Of a stretch of DNA of 64,000 bases, positions 44,700 to 55,303 are shown one piece after another. A model generated the notes under the pieces. It was not told where the DNA came from, did no database searches, and worked only from the letters and a program-made list of their open reading frames with translations. Position numbers and translations under genes: made by a program. Numbering within the stretch: position 1 is the first letter of the stretch; the number at the start of each line of letters is the position of its first letter. Source of the DNA: Acidimicrobiia bacterium (GTDB lineage Bacteria; Actinomycetota; Acidimicrobiia; IMCC26256; PALSA-610); contig JBBQGQ010000017.1 in the NCBI GenBank assembly GCA_038323195.1, forward strand, positions 5-64,004. Reading direction: 5' to 3'.

Positions 44700-46307
44700 T
44701 CAGAGGGGTGGACCGACGATCAGCTTGACGTCCTGGTTGTGCCGGTTGCCCGTGGAATCCACCCAGCCGACGCTGACCGAGTCGCCCGGATGGAACTTGA
44801 CGAGGGCGAGGCGGAGCGACGCGGGGTCGGTGACCGGCTTGCCGTTGAGGGAGACGACGACGTCGCCGGCGACGATGCCCGCGTCGCTCGCACCCGTGTT
44901 CTGTTGCACACCTTCGACGAGTGCGCCGGTGGTGACCGGGGCGACCTGCCCGTTGAGCGCCGCCACCTGCACGCCGAGGAGTGCCCGGTCGCCGATGTAG
45001 ACCTTGTCGGTGTTCCTACCGGTGCGGATCTGACTCACGATGTTCACCGCGTTGTCGATCGGGATCGCGAATCCGATGTTCGACCCGATCTGGGAGTTGA
45101 AGCGCCCGCCTCCCGCCGCCGCGGTGTTCATGCCGATGATCTTGGCGTTGCGGTCGACGAGCGCGCCGCCGGAGTCGCCGGGTTGGATGGGCGCGTTGAT
45201 CTGGATCAGGCCATGGAGCGTCTCCTGCGTGCCGGCCGAGTCGCCGGCGGTCACCTGCTGATCGAGAGCAGTCACCTGACCCTGCGATGCCTTCGGCGTG
45301 CCGCCTTGTCCGAGGGCATTGCCGATCGCGACGACCGGGTCGCCGACGCTGACCTTCGACGGATCGCCGAACGTCACCGTCGGGAGATTCGAGACCTGGT
45401 CGGAGATCTGCAGCACCGCGACGTCCTCGGTGACGTCGTAGCCGACCACCTTCGCCGTGTGCGACGGGCCGGTGCCTCCGATGACCACCTTGATGCTGGT
45501 CGCGTCGGCGATGACGTGGTTGTTCGTGAGGATCTCGCCGTTCGACGAGATCAACATGCCGGTGCCGGCGGCGCGACCCTGCGCGAGCGTCGTGTTGATG
45601 TTGACGAGCGCGGGGTCGATCTTCGCCGCGATCGCGCTCGTGTCGAGCGTCCCTGTACCCGAGGGTACGGATCCAGTCCCACCGCCGAAGTTGCCGCCGT
45701 TGTTGCCGCCAGTGTTGCCGTTGCCGGACGGTGTGTTGTTCGACGTACCGCCGCTCGCATCGAACGTGCGGGGAGCAGAGTTGTTGTGCACCGCGATCGC
45801 GACACCGGCGCCCACTCCGGCGGAGGTGAGCACCAACGCGAGCGCGGCGAGCGCGGCCAGGCCGCGCCGCGCCTTGGCCGGCGGAGGCGACGCCGGCGCG
45901 GAGGCCGGCCAGCCACCCGGACCGGGGGCTCCCCAACCCGCGGGGGACGGAGTCCAGCCTCCCGATCCGCTCGCGCCGGGCGCGTAGGCATACGGATCGC
46001 CTGGGGGACCGCCGGACGAGATCGGTTGGGTCGGGTTCGGTTGGGTCGGGTTCGGTTGGGCCGGGTTCGGTTGGGTGGGCGGCCACGACGCCCACGTGGG
46101 CCCGGACGCGCCTTCGCCGCCGCCCGGGCTGCCGATGGGGTTGGCGCGGGGATCGGTGGCCTCCGCCCAGCCCGGGTTGGTTTCAACGGGTCCGCCCGGG
46201 GCCGTCGGCGGCCAGGTGTACTGCGGCCACGGCGCGACCGGCTCGACCGGTGTCGGTTCGGTCGGGTCGCGGTCTTCGGGGTTCTCGGTCTGGTCCGATT
46301 CACTCAT
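44700..46307 (-). CDS. HtrA/DegP-family (S1C) serine protease with a PDZ domain and a Pro-rich N-terminal region
   Basis: TNNHVI, GDSGGAL, a C-terminal PDZ (GALVEGV...AGIVAGDVVVSLNG), one TM segment, and an N-terminal QPNP repeat region. Confidence 0.88.
   Translation of the reverse strand: MSESDQTENPEDRDPTEPTPVEPVAPWPQYTWPPTAPGGPVETNPGWAEATDPRANPIGSPGGGEGASGPTWASWPPTQPNPAQPNPTQPNPTQPISSGGPPGDPYAYAPGASGSGGWTPSPAGWGAPGPGGWPASAPASPPPAKARRGLAALAALALVLTSAGVGAGVAIAVHNNSAPRTFDASGGTSNNTPSGNGNTGGNNGGNFGGGTGSVPSGTGTLDTSAIAAKIDPALVNINTTLAQGRAAGTGMLISSNGEILTNNHVIADATSIKVVIGGTGPSHTAKVVGYDVTEDVAVLQISDQVSNLPTVTFGDPSKVSVGDPVVAIGNALGQGGTPKASQGQVTALDQQVTAGDSAGTQETLHGLIQINAPIQPGDSGGALVDRNAKIIGMNTAAAGGGRFNSQIGSNIGFAIPIDNAVNIVSQIRTGRNTDKVYIGDRALLGVQVAALNGQVAPVTTGALVEGVQQNTGASDAGIVAGDVVVSLNGKPVTDPASLRLALVKFHPGDSVSVGWVDSTGNRHNQDVKLIVGPPL
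46024..46078. repeat. 15-bp in-frame tandem repeat, about 3.6 copies, encoding QPNP(A/T)
   Basis: Direct reading: ggttgggtcgggttc x3 plus a partial copy. Confidence 0.85.
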
Positions 46308-46413
46308 CGGTCATGCCTCGAGTTCGTGCTCTCGCGCCCGGGGGTGGCGCATCTGGCGCTGATTCTGTTCGGCGCAAATGGGAGTGGGCTGTGAGGTTGC
46401 TGGAGGAAGACTC

Positions 46414-48882
46414 TCAATTACTCGGTGCCGGCGAGGTGGTCGGTGCTCGCGAGGCTAGGAGAACTTCCGGTGGCACCAGTCCCCGCGATACCCAATCGCG
46501 CCGGTCGGCCCACACCAGCATCGGCGGCAACACAACGAGCGCGCTCAGCAAGGCCACCGCGAGGTTCAACGCCACGATCTCCCCGAAGCCGCGCAGCAGT
46601 GGCAGTGAAGAGGTCGCGATCACCGCGACGCCGGATACCGCGGTCAGCGCCGAGACGATGAACGCGCGTCCGGTGCGCGCCGCAGCGATGTCGACGGCGG
46701 CTCGCGGTTCGAGTCCACGCCTGCGCTCCTCGACGAACCGCAACAAGATGAGCGAAGTGAACTCGGTACACGCCGCGACAACGAGCGGACCGCCGACGGC
46801 CGTCATCGGGCTCAGCTTCAGGCTCAGCGCGTAGGCGAAGAGCGACGCGGCGCCGACCGCGATGAGCACTGGTACGAGCGAGAGCAGGGCGCGCACGATG
46901 CTGCGCAGCCGGACCGCCAAGAACAAGAAGACGAACAGGATCGCGAGATAGGTGAGCAGGATCCGGTTCGCCAGCAGGTTGTCGAGGAGGCCGACACCGA
47001 CGACCGCCAGACCCGACGGCGTCGCTCGGATGCCCGGGACGGACACGACGGTCTTGCGGACCTCGCGCACGACCTTCGCGCGGGCGTCGAGCGAGCTCGG
47101 CCCGGTGCGGAAGATGATGTTCGCGGCGTCGCCCTGAGGCGAGACGATCGACCGCTGAATATCCGGCGGGGCGACGGCGTACGCGGCGCGCACGTCGCTC
47201 CCGGTCGGCGTGACGTGGGGCGCGCCGGGTACGTTGCCGAGGTCGCTGACGGTGCTGACGAGCCCCGACGCGGTGAGCAGCGTTCCCTTGTTCTGTCGCA
47301 GTTGGTCGCGCGTGAATCCGTCGACCCACCGGGTCGTCGAGTCCGCGAAGACGTCCTTCGCCTGCACGTACAGCCCGAGCTCGCTCGACGATCCGGTCTC
47401 GCGGTCGAGGACGTGGAGGTCCTTGATCACCTGCGACTTCTGGTTGACCCATTGCACCGGGTCGGTTTGGAGGACGAGCTTGCCCTCGACGAGCAGGCCC
47501 CCGGTGAAGACCACCAAACTCGCGACCGCGAGCGGCGGTGCGAGCTTGTGCGAGAGCGAGCCGAGCCGGACCGTGAGCCGTGCGAGCGGGCCTTCGCTGA
47601 AGTCGCGGCCCTTCGTCGGTGAGCGGAACTCGCGGATGCCGAGGATGGCGAGCGGCGCCATGATGCTGTTGACGCAGATCGCGATGACGCCGACGGCGAG
47701 CAAGAGTCCGAAATCCCGAAGCATGGGAACCTTCGCGAAGTGCAGGGCCGCGAACGCGAACACCGCGTCGAAGGTCACGACGAGCAACGCCGGACCGAGA
47801 TTGCGCGAGGTCGTCTGGATCGGGTGGGCAGCGCGGTTGATGACCACCTCTTCCTCGACGCGCGCGTGCATCTGGATCGCGTAGTCGATGCCGATGCCGA
47901 GCATGACCGGGAGGCCGGCGATCGTGACGATCGTGAGCGGAATGCCGATGTACCCGGCCACGCCGAAGGCCCAGATCACGCCGATGATCACGACGCCCAA
48001 CGGCAGCAGCCGCCAGCGCACGTTGAACGTCAACAACAGGATCAACGCCATCACGGCGATCGCGATGCCGCCGAGCGTCGCCATGCCACCCGTGAGGTAG
48101 TCGTTCAGGTTCTTGAGCAGCTCGGACGCGCCCGTCGTGGTGATCTGCGCGTTCGCGAAGTGCAGATTCTTGGCCACTGCGCCTTGCACGAAGTCGGCCG
48201 CCGAACCCTCGTCCTTGATCGACTGGTTACCGAGCAGCCGCACGACCATCTGGGCGTGACGGTCGTCGGGGAAAATGGCGAGGAGCGGCTTGCGGATCGC
48301 GCCGGTGTTGTCGTGCAACAGGACGTCGAGGTACGCGCGGTCATCGATCGAACGCTTCGACCGCGGGATCGCGCCGAGGCGTTGCAAGGTCTTGGTTGCG
48401 TCGGCGAGCCGGGCCTGCTTGCCCGCGGCCGACGCGTCGCGCTGGAGCTCGCCGGTGATGATCTTGCCCGCGACACTGGTAGTGGGATCACCGGACGGGC
48501 TTCTCACGAGCGCATCGTTCCACTGGAGCGCCGTGAGCGGGCTCACGACGTCGACCGCCCGATGCGAATCGCGGATCTCGCGTTCGACGGCCTGCCATTG
48601 CGCGATGTTCGCCGGAGTGAACAACTCGGCAACTTTGTGGCCGGGAGCCATCGTCACCAACGCGACCATGGCCTCGCCGCCGAAGAGCTTCTGGTACGCG
48701 ACGTTGTCCTTGTAGACCTGGTCGGACTTGTTGAGGTAGTTCTCCTGCCCGGTCGAGAACGCGAGCCGGGTCGCGCCGAATCCGAGAACCAACGTCGTGA
48801 GCGCGCCGACGAGCATCACCAGGATCCAGTGCCGACCGAGATTGAGCCCGAGCCAATCCCAGAACCTGTGCACGATCAGCAC
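46414..48882 (-). CDS. MMPL family (RND superfamily) transporter
   Basis: 822 aa with two 6-TM bundles separated by large extracytoplasmic domains. GTG start. Confidence 0.85.
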   Translation of the reverse strand: MLIVHRFWDWLGLNLGRHWILVMLVGALTTLVLGFGATRLAFSTGQENYLNKSDQVYKDNVAYQKLFGGEAMVALVTMAPGHKVAELFTPANIAQWQAVEREIRDSHRAVDVVSPLTALQWNDALVRSPSGDPTTSVAGKIITGELQRDASAAGKQARLADATKTLQRLGAIPRSKRSIDDRAYLDVLLHDNTGAIRKPLLAIFPDDRHAQMVVRLLGNQSIKDEGSAADFVQGAVAKNLHFANAQITTTGASELLKNLNDYLTGGMATLGGIAIAVMALILLLTFNVRWRLLPLGVVIIGVIWAFGVAGYIGIPLTIVTIAGLPVMLGIGIDYAIQMHARVEEEVVINRAAHPIQTTSRNLGPALLVVTFDAVFAFAALHFAKVPMLRDFGLLLAVGVIAICVNSIMAPLAILGIREFRSPTKGRDFSEGPLARLTVRLGSLSHKLAPPLAVASLVVFTGGLLVEGKLVLQTDPVQWVNQKSQVIKDLHVLDRETGSSSELGLYVQAKDVFADSTTRWVDGFTRDQLRQNKGTLLTASGLVSTVSDLGNVPGAPHVTPTGSDVRAAYAVAPPDIQRSIVSPQGDAANIIFRTGPSSLDARAKVVREVRKTVVSVPGIRATPSGLAVVGVGLLDNLLANRILLTYLAILFVFLFLAVRLRSIVRALLSLVPVLIAVGAASLFAYALSLKLSPMTAVGGPLVVAACTEFTSLILLRFVEERRRGLEPRAAVDIAAARTGRAFIVSALTAVSGVAVIATSSLPLLRGFGEIVALNLAVALLSALVVLPPMLVWADRRDWVSRGLVPPEVLLASRAPTTSPAPSN

Positions 48883-48919
48883 CTACCCGTGGGTTCGCGT
48901 TCGGACAACGTTGCTCGAC

Positions 48920-49573
48920 TCAGGGCCAGAGCGGTTTTTGCACGTCGAAGCCGAGCGGCTCGCCCCAGCGATTGCGATACGAGACCTCGTCGACTGGGCG
49001 CCGGGGCGCGACGCCCCACCTGCCGGTCGGATAGCCGAAGGTCACGCATGACGAGAAGAGCCAGCCGTCCTGCTTGGGTACGGAGAGGATCTCGAGCACC
49101 TTGTCGATCTCGAACATGAAGACGCTCGTGAGTGACGAGCCGACCCCTTCGGCCCGAGCCGCGAGCATCGCCGACCAGGTTGCGGGAAAGATCGATCCGC
49201 CGGTCGGGTCGAACTGCACGAAGCTGAACAGGAGCAACGGGTACTGCTCGAAATGATCCGCGAGATGCTGCGCCGACCGTTGGATGCGCAAGAGCTGCGC
49301 CATCTCGGGATTGCCGGGATCGGCGTTCGCCGCCACCAGGCGGTCCTTGTAGATCGTCTCCCAGAGCTGCGCGAGGCACCTGCGGTAGATCGGTCCGAGC
49401 TGTGCCTTCACGTCGCCGTCGTCGACGAGCATGAACCGCCAGTTCTGGGTGTTGCCGCCGCTCGGCGCGCGGATGGCTGCGTCGAGAATGCGGCTCTGCA
49501 CTTCGATCGGGATGGGATCGGGCTTGCAGCGGCGCATCGCGCGCGTGGTGTAGAGCGCTTCGTAGACGTCCAT
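48920..49573 (-). CDS. Nitroreductase family protein
   Basis: MDVYEALYTTRAMRR...APSGGNTQNWRFMLV. The start was moved to ATG 49573. Confidence 0.8.
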   Translation of the reverse strand: MDVYEALYTTRAMRRCKPDPIPIEVQSRILDAAIRAPSGGNTQNWRFMLVDDGDVKAQLGPIYRRCLAQLWETIYKDRLVAANADPGNPEMAQLLRIQRSAQHLADHFEQYPLLLFSFVQFDPTGGSIFPATWSAMLAARAEGVGSSLTSVFMFEIDKVLEILSVPKQDGWLFSSCVTFGYPTGRWGVAPRRPVDEVSYRNRWGEPLGFDVQKPLWP

Positions 49574-49604
49574 CGTTCGGCTCCGTTGTTCCGTTGTTCC
49601 GTTG

Positions 49605-50573
49605 CTACCAGGCGTAGGCCTCGGGCGCGCGGCCGCCCGGGCCGGGGAAGATCTCGTCGAGGGTTGCCAGCGTCGCCTCGTCGAGCGCGAGATCAATGGC
49701 GCGCAGCGACGCGCCTTCGAGCTGCTGGAGTGTGCGCGGGCCGATGATCGGTCCGGTCACTCCTTTTTGGTGGAGCAACCACGCGAGGGCGACAGCAGAA
49801 GGTTCCTCGCCGAGCTCGGCACAGAACTTCTCCCACCGCTCGAGCTGAGGGCGGATACGTTCGTACCGGGGTTGCACACTCTTGCGCCGGGCCGTGTCAC
49901 CGGTGCTCGTCCGGCCACCCAACAGGCCACCGGCGAGCGGGCTCCAGGGGATCACGCCGAGCCCGTACGCGCGGCACGCCGGAAGGACTTCGAGCTCGAC
50001 GGTGCGCGACGCGAGGTTGTAGAGGCTCTGTTCGCTCACGAGCCCGAGGAAGTGGCGCGACTTCGCGGCTTCGTTGGCCTGCGCGATGTGCCACCCGGCG
50101 AAGTTGCTGCTGCCGACGTAGAGCACCTTGCCCTGCTGCACGAGGCCTTCCATCGCCTGCCAGACCTCCTCCCAAGAAGCGGCGCGGTCGATGTGGTGCA
50201 TCTGGTACAGGTCGATGTGATCGGTTTGCAACCGCCGAAGGCTCTCGTCGCACGCGGCGCGGATGTGACGCGCCGAGAGGCCTCCATCATTCGGCCAATC
50301 CGTCATCGGACCGAACACCTTGGTCGCGAGCACGACCTTCTCGCGCCGACCGCCGCCTTGGGCGAACCAACGGCCGATGATCGCCTCCGTCGTTCCCGGC
50401 CCCTTCGGTCCTCCGTAGCGGTTCGCAGTGTCGAAGAAGTTGATCCCGTGCTCGAGCGCGCGATCCATGATCTCGAACGCATCGGGTTCGCTCGTGAGCG
50501 GTCCGAAGTTCATCGTGCCGAGGCAGATCGGGCTCACTCGCAGCGCGGTTCGGCCGAGACGTCGATACTCCAT
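49605..50573 (-). CDS. Aldo/keto reductase
   Basis: MEYRRLGRTALRVSPICLGTMNFG, DTANRYGG and VGSSNF. The start was moved to ATG 50573 with a GGAGGA SD. Confidence 0.9.
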   Translation of the reverse strand: MEYRRLGRTALRVSPICLGTMNFGPLTSEPDAFEIMDRALEHGINFFDTANRYGGPKGPGTTEAIIGRWFAQGGGRREKVVLATKVFGPMTDWPNDGGLSARHIRAACDESLRRLQTDHIDLYQMHHIDRAASWEEVWQAMEGLVQQGKVLYVGSSNFAGWHIAQANEAAKSRHFLGLVSEQSLYNLASRTVELEVLPACRAYGLGVIPWSPLAGGLLGGRTSTGDTARRKSVQPRYERIRPQLERWEKFCAELGEEPSAVALAWLLHQKGVTGPIIGPRTLQQLEGASLRAIDLALDEATLATLDEIFPGPGGRAPEAYAW

Positions 50574-50696
50574 GTGGTCCTCCGGGCTTGGTCCTCGTGT
50601 GCATCCGCGAGCGATCGGGATCGACGCTACCCACCAACCGCCACGGGCACCACCGCGCGGTTGCGAAGGTCGGGCCTGCGGCGTCAAGCTTCCGAG

Positions 50697-51833
50697 GTGA
50701 AGAGACTCGCGGCGATCGTCAGCTGCATCGTCGTCTTCGGCGCGTGCTCGTCATCGTCGAAGCCTTCTGCGAAGCCGGCGGCGGAGCAATCGAGTCCCAC
50801 GAGCACCGAAGTGACCACGACCACCGTCGCGACGGGGCCGCGCTCGATCGGCCACGTGTTCGTCATCAACCTCGAAAACGAGAACTACGACACCACGTGG
50901 GGCGAGGGCTCGCCCGCGCGGTATCTCAACGGCACGCTCGTGAAGCAGGGAAAGCTGCTCACGCAGTACTACGGCATCGGGCACGCGAGTCTCGGCAACT
51001 ACATCGCCGAGATCAGCGGTCAGGCGCCCAACCCCAGGACGCAAGGGGACTGCCTCAACTACACCGAATTCGTCTCGACCGGCACCGGCAAGTTCGGCCA
51101 GGCGCTCGGCGTGGGTTGCTTGTACCGGAAATCGGTGCAAACGATCGCGGATCAGCTCACGGCCGCGGGCAAGACGTGGCGCGGCTACATGCAGGACATG
51201 GGCACGCCGTGCCGGCACCCGGCCCTCGGTGCGAGCGACACGACCATCTCGCCGAAGCCCGGCGACATGTACGCGACGCGGCACAACCCGTTCGTGTATT
51301 TCCATTCGATTCTCGATTCGCCCGCCTGTGTGCAGAACGTCGTCGATTTCACTCACCTCGCAACCGATCTGAAGTCGGCGGCGACCACCCCGAACCTCGT
51401 CTTCATCACGCCGAACGTCTGCAATGACGGCCATGACGGACCGTGCGTCGACGGTGAACCCGGTGGCCTCACCACGGCCGATCGCTGGCTCAGCTCCGAG
51501 GTTCCGAAGATCCTGGCGTCGCCGGCCTACAAGGCAGACGGCATGCTGGTGATCACTCTCGACGAAGCGGCGATTTCGAGCGCGACGGCGTGCTGTCACA
51601 CGCCGCCGGCGCCGAACGTCGCTCAGCCCGGACTCAGCGGACCGGGCGGCGGCAGGATCGGGACACTCGTGTTGTCGTCACGCACCAAGGCGGGGAATAC
51701 CGACGCCACCCCGTACAACCACTACTCGCTGCTGTGCAGCATGGAGGACATGTTCGGGCTCGCGCACCTCGGCTTCGCCGGCGCACCGGGTCTCGCCTGC
51801 TTCGGCAAGGACGTCTACGACGCATCTCCTTGA
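50697..51833 (+). CDS. Phosphoesterase-family (PLC/AcpA-like) lipoprotein, second paralogue
   Basis: GTG at 50697 in the frame of ORF 49602..51833. Lipobox VVFGAC. HVFVINLENENYD and NLVFITPNVCNDGHD. Confidence 0.75.
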   Translation: MKRLAAIVSCIVVFGACSSSSKPSAKPAAEQSSPTSTEVTTTTVATGPRSIGHVFVINLENENYDTTWGEGSPARYLNGTLVKQGKLLTQYYGIGHASLGNYIAEISGQAPNPRTQGDCLNYTEFVSTGTGKFGQALGVGCLYRKSVQTIADQLTAAGKTWRGYMQDMGTPCRHPALGASDTTISPKPGDMYATRHNPFVYFHSILDSPACVQNVVDFTHLATDLKSAATTPNLVFITPNVCNDGHDGPCVDGEPGGLTTADRWLSSEVPKILASPAYKADGMLVITLDEAAISSATACCHTPPAPNVAQPGLSGPGGGRIGTLVLSSRTKAGNTDATPYNHYSLLCSMEDMFGLAHLGFAGAPGLACFGKDVYDASP

Positions 51834-51852
51834 ACGCGCCTCGCCTCGACGC

Positions 51853-51873
51853 CGCCTCTCCTTGAGGGAGGCG
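51853..51873. terminator. Hairpin CGCCTCTC-cttga-GGGAGGCG between convergent genes
   Basis: 8-bp stem (one G-U pair) read directly, with no T-tract. It lies between stops 51833 (+) and 51884 (-). Confidence 0.35.
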
Positions 51874-51883
51874 CGGGCTCCGT

Positions 51884-52990
51884 CTACTTGTCGAGCTCGG
51901 GGATGACGTGCTTGCCGATGAGCTCGATGGAATGCATGACCTGCTCGTGGGGGATGTTGTACGGGTTCAACAGACAGAACAACAGCTCGCATCCGACCGC
52001 CTCGTAGCGCTTGCAGATCTCGATGCAGCGATCGGGGTCGCCGACCACACCGGCTCCGCTGTCGTAGAGGTAGTCCATGTTCAAGTGGTCGAAGAACCCG
52101 GCTTGCTCACCTTTGCGCGCCTCCCCCGCGTAGCCGTAGTTGCCGAGCTCCTGGCCGCGGTCTTCCATCCACTCCGCGAGCGTCGCAATGTGATGTCCGG
52201 CCGCCCGCGGATACCACACGAACGACTCTTCGGCCTCCGCCCGCGCCTTCGCGTTGGTGTCGCTGCAGTGCACCATCGTGAACGTCGCGGCCGTGTCGTT
52301 CACGAACTTGCCGACGGGCTGTGCACAGTCGGCGAGCCCGCGGCGATAGTTCACGATGCGCTCTTCGAGGTTCTCGGGAGGGTTGCCGACCGTGAACGAC
52401 AGGAGTCCGATCCCGCGCTTGCCCATCTCGTAGTGCCCGTCGACGCTCGACGTTGCACCCCAGATCGGAGGATGCGGTTTCTGCAACGGGCTGGGATGCA
52501 CGCGCCGCGGCGGCATCTGCCAGTACTTGCCGTCGAAGGAGTATTCGTCGTTGGTCCAGATGCCGACGATGTGTTGCAGGGCCTCGTCCCACATCTCGCG
52601 GGTCTCGTGCGGGTCGAGGCCGAAGCCCTCGATCTCGGCGCGGGTCGACGAGCGGCCGGTCCCGAACTCGACCCGGCCGTCGCTCACGAGGTCGAGCACC
52701 GCGACGCTCTCCGCCGTCCGGATCGGATGGTTGTAGGGCTTAGGGAGGAGGCGGACGCCGTAGCCGATGCGCAGGTTCTGGGTGACCGCGGCGATGTGGC
52801 CGTACAACACCTCGGGATTCGAGCAGTGGGAGTACTCGTCGAGGAAGTGGTGCTCGACCGTCCAGAACGAATGGAACCCCATGCGGTCGCCGAGCTTCAC
52901 CTGCTCGATGGTGTTCTTGTACGCCTCGTATTCCTTCTGCGGCGTCCAGGGCTTCGCCACCGGGATCTCGTAGAACATCGCAAACTTCAT
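51884..52990 (-). CDS. LLM-class flavin/F420-dependent oxidoreductase
   Basis: MKFAMFYEIPVAKPW...GFHSFWTVEHHF. The start was moved to ATG 52990. Confidence 0.85.
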   Translation of the reverse strand: MKFAMFYEIPVAKPWTPQKEYEAYKNTIEQVKLGDRMGFHSFWTVEHHFLDEYSHCSNPEVLYGHIAAVTQNLRIGYGVRLLPKPYNHPIRTAESVAVLDLVSDGRVEFGTGRSSTRAEIEGFGLDPHETREMWDEALQHIVGIWTNDEYSFDGKYWQMPPRRVHPSPLQKPHPPIWGATSSVDGHYEMGKRGIGLLSFTVGNPPENLEERIVNYRRGLADCAQPVGKFVNDTAATFTMVHCSDTNAKARAEAEESFVWYPRAAGHHIATLAEWMEDRGQELGNYGYAGEARKGEQAGFFDHLNMDYLYDSGAGVVGDPDRCIEICKRYEAVGCELLFCLLNPYNIPHEQVMHSIELIGKHVIPELDK

Positions 52991-53036
52991 GGGGCGGGAA
53001 CCTACGGCCGCGGGCTCGCACCTGTGAAATTCCCGC

Positions 53037-53909
53037 TCATGACTGTGAGACCACACTGTCGGCGAAGCGGCGGAGGAGGTCGACCTTCTCTTGCAGCGGT
53101 TGCGAGTCGGGCTCGGAGGTGTACGGATAGCGGAAGCCGACGATCGCGTCGGTGACGCCGAGATCCTCGAGCCGGCGCACACCGTCGATCGAGAACGCGT
53201 CGAGCGAGATCGCGTGCACCTCGAACGGCTCGGCGGCTCGCCCGTATTCGGCTCGCAGCGCGTGCACGCGCTTCACCATGCTCCCGAGCTCCGCGGGGTC
53301 GCCACCCGCGTGGATCCAACCGTCGCCGGCGCGCGCGGCGCGCCGAAGCGCGACGTCGGCGTGACCGCCGATCAGAATTGGGATCGGGCGCTCGGGAGTG
53401 GGACAGATCTTGCACCGCTCGAGCTGCAACACGTCGCCGTGGTGCTCGAACCAATCGCCGGTCATGAGCCCGCGCAGCACGTCGACCATCTCGTCCATGC
53501 GCTGACCGCGCCGCTCCCAAGGCACGGCCATGGCCGCGAAATCCTCGGGCCACGGGCTGATGCCGACGCCCAGGCGCAAACGGTCGTCGCTCAGTACCGC
53601 GATGCTCGCCGCCTGCTTGGCGACGAGCACGACGGGCCGCACGGCGAGCTTCAACACGAACGTCGTGAAGCGGATGCGATTCGTGAGCGCGGCGAGATAC
53701 GGGATGAGCGTGAAGGGCTCGATGATCGGCTTGTCCTCGAGGAATGCCCGATCGCCGTCGGCGGTGTACGGGTAGAGGGTGTCGGAGGCGGCGGGGAAGA
53801 TCAGGCTGTCGGGTACGACGAACGAGTCGTAGCCCGCGTCTTCGGCCGCCCGGGCGAGCGGCGCGAGGAACGTGGGATCGCAGAACGTCTCGGCGTAGCT
53901 GAATCTCAT
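53037..53909 (-). CDS. LLM-class F420-dependent oxidoreductase (TIGR03619-like)
   Basis: MRFSYAETFCDP...GYDSFVVPDS...RLRLGVGISPW...PILIGGHADVALRRAARAGDGW. The start was moved to ATG 53909. Confidence 0.8.
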   Translation of the reverse strand: MRFSYAETFCDPTFLAPLARAAEDAGYDSFVVPDSLIFPAASDTLYPYTADGDRAFLEDKPIIEPFTLIPYLAALTNRIRFTTFVLKLAVRPVVLVAKQAASIAVLSDDRLRLGVGISPWPEDFAAMAVPWERRGQRMDEMVDVLRGLMTGDWFEHHGDVLQLERCKICPTPERPIPILIGGHADVALRRAARAGDGWIHAGGDPAELGSMVKRVHALRAEYGRAAEPFEVHAISLDAFSIDGVRRLEDLGVTDAIVGFRYPYTSEPDSQPLQEKVDLLRRFADSVVSQS

Positions 53910-53932
53910 GTCCCGATCTTGTCCGACGCGGG

Positions 53933-55051
53933 TCAACGAGGTGGCACCGACCAGTGCACGAGGTCGGTGCTGCGTGCGATCCCGAGCTGCGCGGGGCCCG
54001 CGCCGCCGAAGGTGGTCACCGAGGGCGAGTCCCCGTACACGAGGTAGTAGAAGCCGTCCAGCTTCGCCCCGCCGCCGACGAGGAACGCGCAATTCGCGTG
54101 CTCGAATGTGGCTCCGGTGAGCCCGGTCCCCGGATTCCACGCCTCTTGCGGGACGACGAGCTCCCGCCCGGGCGACCAGTGCAGCCAGCCGGTCGGATCG
54201 TTGGCGGCGCCGGCCAGCTCGAAGAGCTCGGGCCGGTCGAGTTGGTTGCTCGTCGCGAGCAGGGCACGGTGACCGGCGATGTCGAGGAATTCGTAGTTCT
54301 CGATGGTGTCGCCGTACACGGTGATGCCGGGGCGGCCGAGGATCTGCCACGGGCCGGTGAGCGCGCCGCTCGACGATCGTGCCAGCTCGAAGCGTTGCGT
54401 CGCGCCGGCATCGGTGGTGCCGATCTTGAATCCGAGCAGGAGGCCGGCGGGCGAGTACACGAGGGCCGGATCGATGAGTCGATCTGTGGGCGCGTTGAGG
54501 ACGTTCGCGAGCAAGCGAGTCGGGGCAGAGAAGCTTTGGAAGTCGGTCGTGATCGTCGCGTAGAGCTTCGACTGGCCGCCGGCGCGGTCGTGGACGAACG
54601 ACTGGTAGGTGACGACGAAGGTGCCGTCGGGTGCGCGCACGACGTCGGGCGAGGCTTCGCCCTCGGTCGCGGGATCGTGAGGGAGCAGGGCCGGCGGTGA
54701 CCAGGCAGTGAGATCGCGGCTACGCGCGATGCCGACGCGCCACTTCCCTTGCGCGTCGACCTGCGAGAAGAGTGCGACCCACCCGCCGCCGGTTGCGACG
54801 AGGGCCGGGTTCTTCACTGCGTGATCGCGGTCGCGGTAGAGGGGGTTGTGCAAGCGCGACCAGGCGATCGTGGAACCTACGGGTGAACGAATCGTCGTCG
54901 ACGAACTACTACCGCCGGAAGTGGTCGTGGACGAACTCGCGTGGTTACGGCTCGAGCTGCTGCACGCGCCGAGCAGCAACAATCCGGCGAGCGCGACGAT
55001 CGCTGTACACCGCGCCGCGCCGGCGCCGTGCAGATTTCCCCCCGCTTGCAC
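53933..55051 (-). CDS. Lipoprotein with a beta-propeller glycoside-hydrolase-like fold (GH43/32 clan-like)
   Basis: Lipobox LLLGAC and an S/T linker, with recurring W/DP-containing blades (VKNPALV, SPDVVRAPDG, IDPALVY). The family call is tentative. Confidence 0.45.
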   Translation of the reverse strand: MQAGGNLHGAGAARCTAIVALAGLLLLGACSSSSRNHASSSTTTSGGSSSSTTIRSPVGSTIAWSRLHNPLYRDRDHAVKNPALVATGGGWVALFSQVDAQGKWRVGIARSRDLTAWSPPALLPHDPATEGEASPDVVRAPDGTFVVTYQSFVHDRAGGQSKLYATITTDFQSFSAPTRLLANVLNAPTDRLIDPALVYSPAGLLLGFKIGTTDAGATQRFELARSSSGALTGPWQILGRPGITVYGDTIENYEFLDIAGHRALLATSNQLDRPELFELAGAANDPTGWLHWSPGRELVVPQEAWNPGTGLTGATFEHANCAFLVGGGAKLDGFYYLVYGDSPSVTTFGGAGPAQLGIARSTDLVHWSVPPR

Positions 55052-55084
55052 GCGCGGAGTCTGCCACCCTCGGGGAAGTGATGC

Positions 55085-55303
55085 TCAGTGACGACGTTCG
55101 CGCTCGAGGAGCAATGCGAGCGTCGGGCAGGCGTCGGTCGCGCGGCGCGCGTGTTCCTGGAGCTCGGGCGGGATCGGGGTCGGATCGACGATCGGGTAAC
55201 CCCAGTCGTCGAGCGTGATGCGCTCGGGAAACAGCTCGGCGCAGAGGCCGTGCGCGACGCACGTGATCGGGTTGAGACGAAGCGATCTCGCGTTCGGCCT
55301 CAT
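55085..55303 (-). CDS. Small ferredoxin, CxxHxxC...CP (3Fe-4S-type) motif
   Basis: 72 aa with ITCVAHGLCAE and DACP. ATGA overlap with the upstream gene. Confidence 0.75.
   Translation of the reverse strand: MRPNARSLRLNPITCVAHGLCAELFPERITLDDWGYPIVDPTPIPPELQEHARRATDACPTLALLLERERRH

Noticed and set aside
44649-46394. 581-aa plus-strand ORF
   Set aside because: It is antisense to the HtrA-type protease gene, which has clear catalytic and PDZ motifs. The product is Arg/Gly/Asp-rich and of low complexity.
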